A DNA stretch of 64,000 bases from Vulcanimicrobiota bacterium (GTDB lineage: Bacteria > Vulcanimicrobiota > Vulcanimicrobiia > Vulcanimicrobiales > Vulcanimicrobiaceae). A model generated the notes under the pieces. The model ran no database searches. It was not told the DNA's origin and was given only the letters and a program-made list of their open reading frames with translations. Of this stretch, positions 43,453-52,459 are shown one piece after another. The translations under genes and the position numbers were made by a program. The DNA is taken from the NCBI GenBank assembly GCA_963795855.1, contig CAWCIZ010000002.1, positions 448,001 through 512,000 of the forward strand. The letters are read 5' to 3'. Every line of letters begins with the position of its first letter. Within the stretch, counting starts at the first letter, position 1.

Positions 43453-44588
43453 TCCGCCTCGATTTTCCCGAGAAGTTTCGGCAGCGCAAAAGGTGCGATG
43501 GATCCGAGCGGGACCCGGCGGCTTGCGCCCGTTGCGCGCGGAACGTTCGCGGCGCGCCCCCGAAGCGTCTCGTATCCGAGCAACGCGAAGGCGATCGCCT
43601 CTTTGGCATCGCCGTTAAAATCCATCACGTCGGAGCGTTCGACGCACATGCGCGGCAACCGCTCTTGCAGACCGTTCATCAGCGTCGCGTTGTGCGCTCC
43701 GCCGCCGCTTACCAGCACGCGCGCCTTTTCCGGCGCTGCGGACGAGATCGCGGAAGCGAGCGTCTGCGCGGTCAGCGCGGTCAGCGTCGCGGCACCGTCT
43801 TCCAGCGAAAGCCCCTGCAAACCGCTTTCATGCGCGCGCAGGAACTGCGCGCCGAACCGCTCGCGCCCCGTGGACTTCGGAGGCGGCAGCCCGAAGTATG
43901 CATCCGCAAGCATCGTTTCCAGGACGTTCGAATCGACGCGGCCTGCTCGCGCAAGCGCGCCGTCGCGGTCGAACCGCATCTCACCGTTCGTGCGCTCGCG
44001 CACGAATGCATCGATCAGCATATTGCCGGGGCCGGTGTCGAACGCCGCTACGTCATACGGACCCGCACCGCGCGGAAGCACGGTGAGATTTGCGATGCCG
44101 CCGACGTTCACGGCGACGCGGTCCTCTTCTTCGCTGCCGAGCAGCAGCGCGTCGACGTACGGTACGAGCGGCGCGCCGTGTCCGCCCGCCGCGCAATCCG
44201 CACTGCGAAAATCGTAACAGATCGTGGTTGAGAGCACTTCGCGCATGACGAACGGATCCGCGAGTTGGAGCGTGACGTGCCGGTTGCCGTCATGCCAGAG
44301 CGTCTGACCGTGCGAAGCGACGTAATCGATCGGCATTTCCGCTGAAACCAGATCGGCGGCTCGCGCAAACGCGTGTCCAAGTTCGTTGTGCAGATCGGCC
44401 AGGAGTGCAACGCTGCCGCGGTTCGGCGGCAGCGCCGCGTGCAAATGCTCCAGCACCTGCGGTTCGAAAGGATGCGTGACGAAGTTTAGCAGATGAACCG
44501 CATAGCTCTCGCCGCGCGGCCGAATGCGAACGAGCGCTGCATCTACACCGTCGAGCGACGTGCCGCTCATCAAGCCGATCGCGATCAT
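43440..44588 (-). CDS. anmK: Anhydro-N-acetylmuramic acid kinase
   Basis: IGLMSGTSLDGVD, SHGQT, GGHGAPLVP, FDTGPGN, PPKSTGRE, KEAIAFA. Confidence 0.95.
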   Translation of the reverse strand: MIAIGLMSGTSLDGVDAALVRIRPRGESYAVHLLNFVTHPFEPQVLEHLHAALPPNRGSVALLADLHNELGHAFARAADLVSAEMPIDYVASHGQTLWHDGNRHVTLQLADPFVMREVLSTTICYDFRSADCAAGGHGAPLVPYVDALLLGSEEEDRVAVNVGGIANLTVLPRGAGPYDVAAFDTGPGNMLIDAFVRERTNGEMRFDRDGALARAGRVDSNVLETMLADAYFGLPPPKSTGRERFGAQFLRAHESGLQGLSLEDGAATLTALTAQTLASAISSAAPEKARVLVSGGGAHNATLMNGLQERLPRMCVERSDVMDFNGDAKEAIAFALLGYETLRGRAANVPRATGASRRVPLGSIAPFALPKLLGKIEAECRQ

Positions 44589-45604
44589 CGCAGATCCAAA
44601 TCCTCGATGAGCGCTTCATAAAACGCCGCACGCAGTTCGCGCGTGTCCGTCCGCCCGAAGTAGACGCTGTTCGTCAGCAGCACGCCGACGCAGTCGCGCT
44701 GCGGGTCGGCCCACACGCACGTCCCTACGAAACCGGTATGGCCGAACGACGCGTCCGAAAAAAAACGTCCGCACGAATTTTCATCGCTCGTTTTGAGAGC
44801 CCAGCCCAGACCTCGCCGCAAAACCGGATCGAAAGCTTGTTCGCGCGTCGCTTCGCGCGCCGTATCTTCTCGAACGATCGACGAATCGCGTCCGCATAAC
44901 GCGGCCATGTACTGCTCGGCCAGCCACGCGACGTCGGCGGCGCTTCCGAAGAGTCCCGCGTGGCCGGCGATTCCGCCCATCAAATAGGCTTTTTCGTCAT
45001 GCACCGCGCCTTGCACCCGGCCGCGCCAGCCGTCCTCTTCGGTGGCGGGAATGCGCTTTGCGCCCGGTTCGATCGGCCGGTAAACCGGCGTCGCGCGCAC
45101 TTCTCTCACCAGCGACGCAAGCGACGTTCCGTACGCGCGCTGCAAGAGTTCGCCCAGCGCGATGAACCCGAGATCGCTGTAGATGACGCGTTCGCCGGGC
45201 CGCGCGACCAGATCGCGCTCGATCGCATAGCGCGCGACGTTGTGCCCGAGCAACTGGCGATAGTCTGCGCCGGAGTTCATTCCCGAGTCATGTGCCAGCA
45301 GCATCCGCAGCGTTATCGCCGCGTGCGAGGTATCTTGCCATTCTGGAAACCATCGCGTAAGCGGTTCGTCGAGCAATATGCGCTGCTCCTGAACGGCCCG
45401 AAGCGCCAGCGTCGCGACGAAAAGTTTAGTGATCGACGCGAGGTCGAATGCGGTGTCCACGTACACGGGTTGCTGCAGCGCGTCGTCGCGCGTGACGCCG
45501 TACGCGGATTCGAACACCGGCTCGCCGCGGAACTCGACGCGCGCGACCGCACCGGTGAACTGCTTGCCGCAAGCGCCGCGCAGCACGCGCTGCACGCGGG
45601 TCAT
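44585..45604 (-). CDS. Serine hydrolase, AmiE-like amidase candidate
   Basis: FDLASITK, YSDLGF, GAVHDE.A..GGIAGHAGLF, GHTGF.GT; lies between nagZ and anmK. Confidence 0.8.
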   Translation of the reverse strand: MTRVQRVLRGACGKQFTGAVARVEFRGEPVFESAYGVTRDDALQQPVYVDTAFDLASITKLFVATLALRAVQEQRILLDEPLTRWFPEWQDTSHAAITLRMLLAHDSGMNSGADYRQLLGHNVARYAIERDLVARPGERVIYSDLGFIALGELLQRAYGTSLASLVREVRATPVYRPIEPGAKRIPATEEDGWRGRVQGAVHDEKAYLMGGIAGHAGLFGSAADVAWLAEQYMAALCGRDSSIVREDTAREATREQAFDPVLRRGLGWALKTSDENSCGRFFSDASFGHTGFVGTCVWADPQRDCVGVLLTNSVYFGRTDTRELRAAFYEALIEDLDLR

Positions 45605-47118
45605 CCTTGGGCGAACTCGGCGCTGCGATGTAGCGGAAACCGTCCTTCGGCCGGAGCACCGCCGAACAACACGTCCGAGAGGCCTTCCATGCTCGGCTTA
45701 TCGTCGCCGTACGTGCACAGCACGGTCTGCGCTCCCTCCAACAGGAGCGCGTCGAACGGTTCGCGCGTACTGACGATAAGCGAATCGGGGAACTCGTCCA
45801 AAATTGCGCGCGCGGCTTGCAGTTGTTTTTCGTACACGTGCGCGCGCCGCAGCAGCAGAATCGGACGTTTTCCGCGCACTCGCAAGTCGGCAAGCAGCGC
45901 CGCCGTTTGCGCGGGCTGCGGCTCGAGCGGCAAACGCAGTTCCGGAACGCGAAGTCCGCCCGCAAGCGAGGCATGCTCCGTATGCAGGCCCTGGACACCT
46001 TCGGTGGTTGCGCCCTCGAACGACACGACGATGCTGCGATCCGCGTCGGCATGCGCGCTTCCGCGGATCGCCGTAACCGCTCGCCGGCCGATCTCGCGCC
46101 CGATGCCGGCATGCTCGGACCGCGCATCCAGCGGCAACGGCGGCTGCAGCCGCGCGCGCAATTCGCCGACACGCGTATGGGCTTGTTCCAGCCGCACGCG
46201 AGAAAGGCGCCCCGACTCGACGGCGTCCACGATACGGTCGATGCTCGTAAGCGCCATTTCGACGCTGTGACTGATCAAGACGCAATCTGCGCCCGCCATC
46301 AGCGCTTGCACCGCGCCTTCTGCCGTGCCCACGCCCTTCGCGATTGCGTCCATCTGCATGCAATCGGTGAAGCAGACGCCCGAGAAGCCGATTTCGTCGC
46401 GCAGTACGTCCGTGAGGATTCGCGGTGAAATCGTGGCGGGACGCTCCGCATCCAAACTGCGCGCGACGATGTGCGCCGTCATCAACGCCTCCGCGCCGGG
46501 CAACAGTTTTGCGAACGGAACGAGATCGCGATCGCGCAGCGTCTGCTCATCGACGTCGATCGCCGGAAGATCGAGGTGCGAGTCGACCTCGGTCGAGCCG
46601 TGCCCGGGAAAATGCTTGAACGTCGGAACGATACCCTGCGAGCGCATGCCGCGAGCGAATGCGCCCGCCAATTCCACAACGCGCTCCGGGTCGTCCCCGA
46701 ACGCGCGGGAGCCGATCACCGTGTTCATGCGCATCAACATCAGGTCGAGCACCGGGGCATAGTCGACGTTTACGCCCGCGCGGCGCAAATCGAATGCGGA
46801 CTGCGCACCCGCGCGCGTCGCTAATCCGGCGTCCCCGGTTGCCGCAAGCGCGAGCATCGCGGGCAATTCCTCGACTTTGTCGCGAAGCCGAGCGACTCGG
46901 CCGCCTTCCTGGTCGATTGCGACGATCGCTCGCGGCAGCAAATCGCGGATCGAATCGGTCAAGGCTCGCGTCTGTTCGAGCGACTCGACGTTGCGGCCGA
47001 ACAAAATCAGTCCCGCCGGCGGCGTCCCGCGCAGCATGGCCCGGACCGTTTCGTCGATGCGCGTTCCTTCAAACCCTACGCAGACGACGCCGGCGGCGAG
47101 CGTGCGAATATCCGTCAT
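45601..47118 (-). CDS. nagZ: Beta-N-acetylhexosaminidase (GH3)
   Basis: IDQEGGRV, KHFPGHG..DSH, FTDCMQM; ATGA overlap with the upstream stop. Confidence 0.92.
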   Translation of the reverse strand: MTDIRTLAAGVVCVGFEGTRIDETVRAMLRGTPPAGLILFGRNVESLEQTRALTDSIRDLLPRAIVAIDQEGGRVARLRDKVEELPAMLALAATGDAGLATRAGAQSAFDLRRAGVNVDYAPVLDLMLMRMNTVIGSRAFGDDPERVVELAGAFARGMRSQGIVPTFKHFPGHGSTEVDSHLDLPAIDVDEQTLRDRDLVPFAKLLPGAEALMTAHIVARSLDAERPATISPRILTDVLRDEIGFSGVCFTDCMQMDAIAKGVGTAEGAVQALMAGADCVLISHSVEMALTSIDRIVDAVESGRLSRVRLEQAHTRVGELRARLQPPLPLDARSEHAGIGREIGRRAVTAIRGSAHADADRSIVVSFEGATTEGVQGLHTEHASLAGGLRVPELRLPLEPQPAQTAALLADLRVRGKRPILLLRRAHVYEKQLQAARAILDEFPDSLIVSTREPFDALLLEGAQTVLCTYGDDKPSMEGLSDVLFGGAPAEGRFPLHRSAEFAQG

Positions 47119-48194
47119 GTCAATAATGTCCCCATCGATCGATCGAAACGGCGCACGTGCGCATCGTCGAAAGCGATGCCGATCTCTTCGCCCTGTGCAG
47201 GGTGTGCGCCGGCCGGCAACCGCAGGACCATGTCGCCGCGCGCCGTGTGGGCGCGAACGAAACGATCGGACCCGGTCGTCTGAACGGATACGACGCAACC
47301 GCGCAGCGGTGCGCGCGCGTCGATGCGTACGTGTTCCGCACGAATTCCAAGCAGGTGCATGTCGCCGTCGATGAGATTCATCGGCGGCGATCCGAAAAAC
47401 CTGGCGACGAGCACGTTTGCGGGAAAATCGTACACCTGCTGCGGGCGCCCGTATTGCGCGATACGGCCCTCAAACATGATCGCAAGATTGTCCGCGATCG
47501 AAAGCGCCTCCACGTGATCGTGTGTCACGTGAATGGCCGCGCCGGGAAACGAGGCGCGGAATTGCGTGAACTGCTCGCGCACGTAAGCGCGCAACTGCGG
47601 ATCCAAATGCGCAAGCGGCTCGTCCAGCAGCAGGATGCGCGGATCGCTCAAAACGGCGCGCGCCAGCTCGGCCCGCTGACGTTCGCCGCCCGACAGGCGT
47701 GCGGGACGTTCGCGAAGGTGTGCGTCGATCGCCAGCGCCTCGGCAACCTCGCGCACGCGCTTTGCCACGATCTCGCTGCGCACTCGGCGCACGCGCAGCG
47801 GGAACGCCAAATTTTCGTACACGCTCATCTGCGGGAAGAGCGCGTCGTCTTGAAAGACGAGTGCGACGCGCCGGCGAGCGGCCGGAACCGCAAGCAAGTC
47901 GCGTCCGTCGAGCTGCAGCGAGCCGGAGTCCGGCGATTCGAGGCCGGCAATCACACGCAGCAGCGTTGTTTTCCCGGCTCCGCTGGGACCGAGAATGACG
48001 AGCGATTCTCCGTCGCTCGCGGATAACGAGACGCCGTCGAGCGCCGCACGGCGTCCTCGCGCGTCTCGATACGTTTTGACGAGATTAGCGGATGCGAATG
48101 ATTTGCGCGACGAGGCGGCCGCCGATTTCGCTGAAGTCGATGCTGACGCGAGATCCTCGTCCGAGATCGGAAAAGGATGCGAATCCTGAACCAC
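47115..48194 (-). CDS. ABC transporter ATP-binding protein (MalK/PotA-like); start uncertain
   Basis: GPSGAGKT, LSGGERQR, LLLDEP, HVTHD, C-terminal TOBE-like region. Confidence 0.85.
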   Translation of the reverse strand: MVQDSHPFPISDEDLASASTSAKSAAASSRKSFASANLVKTYRDARGRRAALDGVSLSASDGESLVILGPSGAGKTTLLRVIAGLESPDSGSLQLDGRDLLAVPAARRRVALVFQDDALFPQMSVYENLAFPLRVRRVRSEIVAKRVREVAEALAIDAHLRERPARLSGGERQRAELARAVLSDPRILLLDEPLAHLDPQLRAYVREQFTQFRASFPGAAIHVTHDHVEALSIADNLAIMFEGRIAQYGRPQQVYDFPANVLVARFFGSPPMNLIDGDMHLLGIRAEHVRIDARAPLRGCVVSVQTTGSDRFVRAHTARGDMVLRLPAGAHPAQGEEIGIAFDDAHVRRFDRSMGTLLT

Positions 48195-48462
48195 GGATGA
48201 TACTCGTCGTCGGCGTTACGGCGACGGGCACGAGCCCGCGCGGCGTCGCGATGAGGATGCTGGCGCCGCCGTAATCCACTCCCGTGATCGTGCCCGAAAT
48301 GACGCCGTGCGCGCCGGGTGCGACGACAGGCTGCTCCGCTGTAGGGCGGGCGTGCTGGTGCCCGTGCGCCCAAGGCGGCGGAGCGGCGAGCGCGAGCGTG
48401 CAGCCGGCGGCAAGCAAGGCCCCGGCGAGCGCCGCAGCTGCGAGAGTGCGAAACGAAGCCAT
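48085..48462 (-). CDS. Small secreted OB-fold-like (DUF5666-like) protein
   Basis: Signal peptide, PPPWAHG, ISGTITGVD..DLGRGSRVSI..GRLVAQII. Confidence 0.6.
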   Translation of the reverse strand: MASFRTLAAAALAGALLAAGCTLALAAPPPWAHGHQHARPTAEQPVVAPGAHGVISGTITGVDYGGASILIATPRGLVPVAVTPTTSIIRGSGFASFSDLGRGSRVSIDFSEIGGRLVAQIIRIR

Positions 48463-48516
48463 GACGGTATAGTCAACGGTACGGTCCAATGCAGACGTTC
48501 CATTCGACACGGATCT

Positions 48517-49539
48517 TTACTCACCATCGTAATAATCCAAGCCGGGGGAGCCGCGCACCATGCGGCCTCGTTCCGGCACGTACAAACCGACCTTGTCCGA
48601 ATCGGGATAGAAGCATGTTTCAAGGCGCTCGTTCATTCCCACCAGCAGTACGAGGCAGTCCTCGTCCGAGTCGTTCCTGAGCTGATGGGTCCCTCGCTCG
48701 CCCACCGGAAAACCGATGAAATCGCCGGGCCTGCACTCGAGCGTGCCGCGCAACGTACGGATGCTCGGCCGTCCCTCCATGACGAAAAAGAACTCTTCTT
48801 CCGCTTCGTGCGAGTGGAGCGGGCAAAAGACCTTACCGGGCGGGAGCTTCGCCACGCGATAGCCCAATTTGCGAGCGCCAATCTGCAACCCCACCTCGCC
48901 GTCATACGCGGCGTACGGCTCGCGCTCGCACGAATACGGAAATTCCAAGTCGTCGAGGTTGATGCGATTGATCGCCGCGCCGCCGCGCCGCTCCAACAGC
49001 GCGCCGATCGCTTCGTCCGCGTTCTTGAAGATCGGTTGTCCGTCGCAGAGCAGCAGCGTTTGAAGTTCGAGCGCCCACAGGCGGCGGAGCCCGGCGACGA
49101 ATTTCGCGGGATCGCGCAACTTCTCGTCGGGCAGCAAACTCAGCGCGCCCGCCGGTGCGCCGATCAGCGCGTCGCCCACGACGGCAGCGCGCGCGGCAGG
49201 AAGATGGAACGCGACCTCTTCGCTTTTTCCGTGCGGTATGGCGACCGCATAGGCGCCGGCAAACACCTCGTCGCCGGGCCCGAACGAGTCGAGCACGCGC
49301 GCCGGAAAGCGTTCGAGCAGGGATGCGGTGCCGCGGATATGATCGGGATTCGTGATCACGACCGTGTGTACGCCGCCGAGCGCTTGCAGCGCATCCATCG
49401 ATTGCGCGTCCAGCGGCAGCGGATCCACGGCGACGCAGCCGCCCTCGCGCTCAAAAAGATAACTGTTGAAATTCATTCCTCGCTCCGGCTGCCATGCGGA
49501 CCACATCCAGGCGCCGGGGATATCCAAACGCGCGAGCAT
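48517..49539 (-). CDS. MBL-fold-like + cupin fusion protein
   Basis: N-terminal VAVDP..TNPDH..GDALIG..LLLCDG; C-terminal PLHSHEAEEEFFFV..HQLRN..YPDS. Confidence 0.8.
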   Translation of the reverse strand: MLARLDIPGAWMWSAWQPERGMNFNSYLFEREGGCVAVDPLPLDAQSMDALQALGGVHTVVITNPDHIRGTASLLERFPARVLDSFGPGDEVFAGAYAVAIPHGKSEEVAFHLPAARAAVVGDALIGAPAGALSLLPDEKLRDPAKFVAGLRRLWALELQTLLLCDGQPIFKNADEAIGALLERRGGAAINRINLDDLEFPYSCEREPYAAYDGEVGLQIGARKLGYRVAKLPPGKVFCPLHSHEAEEEFFFVMEGRPSIRTLRGTLECRPGDFIGFPVGERGTHQLRNDSDEDCLVLLVGMNERLETCFYPDSDKVGLYVPERGRMVRGSPGLDYYDGE

Positions 49540-49838
49540 TACTCGAGGGCTTTCCGGTACGCGTCCGCCGCTTTCTGCGAGTCGTCGCCTTTCGCGCGCG
49601 CGCGTTCGACGATTTCCCGAAGGCGCACGACGCGCTCGTCGTCCGCCGGTTTCCCGGCCAGAACCAAACGCAGCGCAATGAGCGTGAGGTCCGGCGTCCT
49701 CGGACCGAGCATGCGGATTCCTTCGTAAAACGCCGAGGCGCCCGGCACCTCGGGACGCTTTTTCAGCAGATCCTCGACCACTTCGCTTTTCGGCGGATCG
49801 CCGCCGAGAAGATAGCGGTCCAAGAGATTGAATTCCAT
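49539..49838 (-). CDS. Hypothetical helical protein (99 aa)
   Basis: MEFNLLDRYLL...YRKALE; TAATG coupling to the downstream gene. Confidence 0.65.
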   Translation of the reverse strand: MEFNLLDRYLLGGDPPKSEVVEDLLKKRPEVPGASAFYEGIRMLGPRTPDLTLIALRLVLAGKPADDERVVRLREIVERARAKGDDSQKAADAYRKALE

Positions 49839-49841
49839 GCT

Positions 49842-51302
49842 ATGAAGTTCGCCGCGTGGGTCGTTCTGCTCTGCGTTTTCGCCGCCTCCGGCGGCCGAAC
49901 GGCGGCGCAGCCCGCCTCCCTCCCGCAACTTCTGAGCCGCATGCGCGCGGTCAACGGCGGGTTGTGGAACGCGCACATGAGCAGCACGTCGCCGCATACC
50001 GTCGACGGCACGCCGGCAATTCTCGACACGGAAGCGCAGGGTTTGCGCTACATCCTTTCGCAGTGCAGCGGCCGCGTCTGCTTGGGCACGTACTTCGACG
50101 GCGAACGGTTGTTTTCGGTAAACATCAACGGGACGGCGCTGCCGCGATCGCCGGCGCCCGAAGCTTATCTTCGGGCACTGCGGATCATCGGGACGCTGGA
50201 CTTTCTTTCGCCGACGTTCGTCGACGACGGAGGGCGCATCGACGACGGCGGAACGGTCACGTTCCAAGGCAAACGCCGCCGCCGTATCTACGTTTCGGAT
50301 GCGATCGCTACCCCGATGGCGATCTACGTCGATCCGGAATCCGGATTGGTTGCGGGCGCGAGCGACGTAAACGGCGACGCCACGTACGAAATGCGCGACT
50401 ACCGGCGCGTCGGCGCATACTGGCTGCCGTACGACATCGAGCGGAACAACTTGCCTCTGGAACGCTACTTGACGCGCAAAATCGTTCCCGAGCCCCTGCA
50501 GACGCCGCGCGGTTTGGTGCCGCACATCGCCGATTCGCCCGCGGGCATGCCGCTCGATCCGATGAGTACGACGCCGATCGGTGACTGCTCGATCGCGGGC
50601 GTGAGCGTGAAGTGTCTGGTCGATAGCGGCAACTCCGCGCTTTCGATGAGTTTGCAACTGGCCGAGCAGCTCCATTTGGAGCCGATCGGCATGATGCGCA
50701 TCGCGGGCCTGGGCGACTATGCGACCGAGGTCGTCCGCTCCGGACCGCTCGTGCTCGGCAACGTGCGCTTCGGCGACGCGAATTACGTCGTGCTCAGCGA
50801 CATTCACCGCTACGGGTATGACGTCGTCATCGGCGCGGACGTGTTGGCGAGCATGCCGATCACCATCGACTACACGCGTCACGCGTTGTATTTCGGCGGA
50901 GAAACGCCGGCGGATCTGCAAGGCACGACCGTTCCCCTCGCTTTCCAAAACTTCGTTCCGGTGGTGAACGTAACGCTTGGGCAATTGCCGGCGGAACTCG
51001 CCGTCGACACCGGCGATCAGTCGAACATCAATCTCGCGTACGAGTATTACGAACAGCACAGTTCTCTTTTTTCTGCCACGAAGACCGAGAGCGTGAGCGG
51101 CGTGGGCGGCAGCAGTGAAGAACTGATCGGACAAATTGCGAGCGTGCACATCGGAACGCTCACCGCGGAAAACCAGCAAATCGGCACCACGCGAACGCTC
51201 AAAGGAACGGCGAACGGACATCTCGGCGCGGGATTTCTTTCGAAATATCGCATAACGCTCGACTACGCACACGAACTGCTGCGCTTGCTTCCGAAAACCT
51301 GA
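49842..51302 (+). CDS. Secreted aspartyl protease with two retropepsin-like domains
   Basis: Signal peptide; LVDSGN..VIGADVL and AVDTGD..HLGAGFL. Confidence 0.8.
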   Translation: MKFAAWVVLLCVFAASGGRTAAQPASLPQLLSRMRAVNGGLWNAHMSSTSPHTVDGTPAILDTEAQGLRYILSQCSGRVCLGTYFDGERLFSVNINGTALPRSPAPEAYLRALRIIGTLDFLSPTFVDDGGRIDDGGTVTFQGKRRRRIYVSDAIATPMAIYVDPESGLVAGASDVNGDATYEMRDYRRVGAYWLPYDIERNNLPLERYLTRKIVPEPLQTPRGLVPHIADSPAGMPLDPMSTTPIGDCSIAGVSVKCLVDSGNSALSMSLQLAEQLHLEPIGMMRIAGLGDYATEVVRSGPLVLGNVRFGDANYVVLSDIHRYGYDVVIGADVLASMPITIDYTRHALYFGGETPADLQGTTVPLAFQNFVPVVNVTLGQLPAELAVDTGDQSNINLAYEYYEQHSSLFSATKTESVSGVGGSSEELIGQIASVHIGTLTAENQQIGTTRTLKGTANGHLGAGFLSKYRITLDYAHELLRLLPKT

Positions 51303-51323
51303 ATATGGGGGTATGATACCGTC

Positions 51324-51833
51324 ATGCCGCAGGTTAAACTACAACGGCCGCTCGGCGTGCCCGCGGTCCCGGCGCGTTCCGCCGCCTCCTCCATCATGCA
51401 CGAGATCGAAGCGCATCGGAATGACTGGGAAGAGTTCGCGCTCTATATCAATTTTGCAAGCCTCGGGCTTCCGGACGTCGGCTACGTCGCGATTCCGGTC
51501 AACGTTACCGGCGTGACGGAGTCGCTGGAACCGCGTCATGAGATTCGCTTCACAATGCGCGCGATGCGCAGTCCGGACGCGTTTCCGACGTTCCAGGGCG
51601 CGCTTGGTATCGACGCGAGCGGCGCGTCGAGCGCGGAACTCTGGCTTGCGGGCAGCTACGACGTTCCGCTGCACGGCCTCGGCGGACTGATCGACAAAAC
51701 GTTCGCGCGCGGTACGGCGGAAAAAGCGCTGGAGAACATGCTGAACGAACTCGCCGAGGCCTTTGAAGCGCGCGTGCAGCAGCGGGAACGCGCGAACATG
51801 CGATACCGTCTCGTCTTCAACACCGGGAATTGA
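51324..51833 (+). CDS. Hypothetical protein (possibly START/SRPBCC-like fold)
   Basis: FPTFQG.L..LAGSYDVPL.GLG..D pattern with a C-terminal helix; TATGAT 6 nt before the ATG. Confidence 0.6.
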   Translation: MPQVKLQRPLGVPAVPARSAASSIMHEIEAHRNDWEEFALYINFASLGLPDVGYVAIPVNVTGVTESLEPRHEIRFTMRAMRSPDAFPTFQGALGIDASGASSAELWLAGSYDVPLHGLGGLIDKTFARGTAEKALENMLNELAEAFEARVQQRERANMRYRLVFNTGN

Positions 51834-52417
51834 AAGAAAGCGTGACCGTCACACTCAAACGCGCCGCCCTGACGGCGGCATGCTTTTTTGCAGCCTTCGC
51901 ACTGACGTCGCATCCGCGCCCGGCCGCTGCCGCGATAGCGGGACTCAACATCTGCACGGTCGTCGCAGTGCAAATGGTCGATAACGTGGACTCCTCGAAC
52001 GCGCAGCCGGGTGACTTCTTCCGGTTCGAAACGATCAACGCCGTCACCAGCGGAAATAAAATCGTCATTCCCGCGCGCACGATGGGGTACGGAATCGTCG
52101 CAGTTGCATCCCCTGCCGGCCGATCCGGCCGCCCCGGCACGCTGGTCCTCGAGCCGCGTTACCTCGTGCTCCCGGGCGACGCTCATTTGGGCGTCGTGCT
52201 CGATCACAACACGAGCGACTTGGAGCGCAACGGCACCAGCGGCAACATGCCGGGATATCTCGGCGCGATTCCGGTGCCTGGAATCGGCGCTGCGATCGGC
52301 ATCTTCAACTTCTTCCATCACGGCCGCGACATCGAAGTGCGAAAAGGGACTGCTTTCACAATCTTCCCGAACGATTCACCCGCCTCGGAGCACTGCCAAG
52401 CGGATCCCGATCTCTGA
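51830..52417 (+). CDS. Secreted hypothetical protein (TrbI/VirB10-like beta domain)
   Basis: Signal peptide, VDSSNAQPGDFFRF..IVIPA.T.GYG.V..GR.G.L; start may be GTG 51842. Confidence 0.6.
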   Translation: MKESVTVTLKRAALTAACFFAAFALTSHPRPAAAAIAGLNICTVVAVQMVDNVDSSNAQPGDFFRFETINAVTSGNKIVIPARTMGYGIVAVASPAGRSGRPGTLVLEPRYLVLPGDAHLGVVLDHNTSDLERNGTSGNMPGYLGAIPVPGIGAAIGIFNFFHHGRDIEVRKGTAFTIFPNDSPASEHCQADPDL

Positions 52418-52459
52418 CTCCCAGGGTTCGCTCAGGATATTTTCGTAACGTGACTCGCT

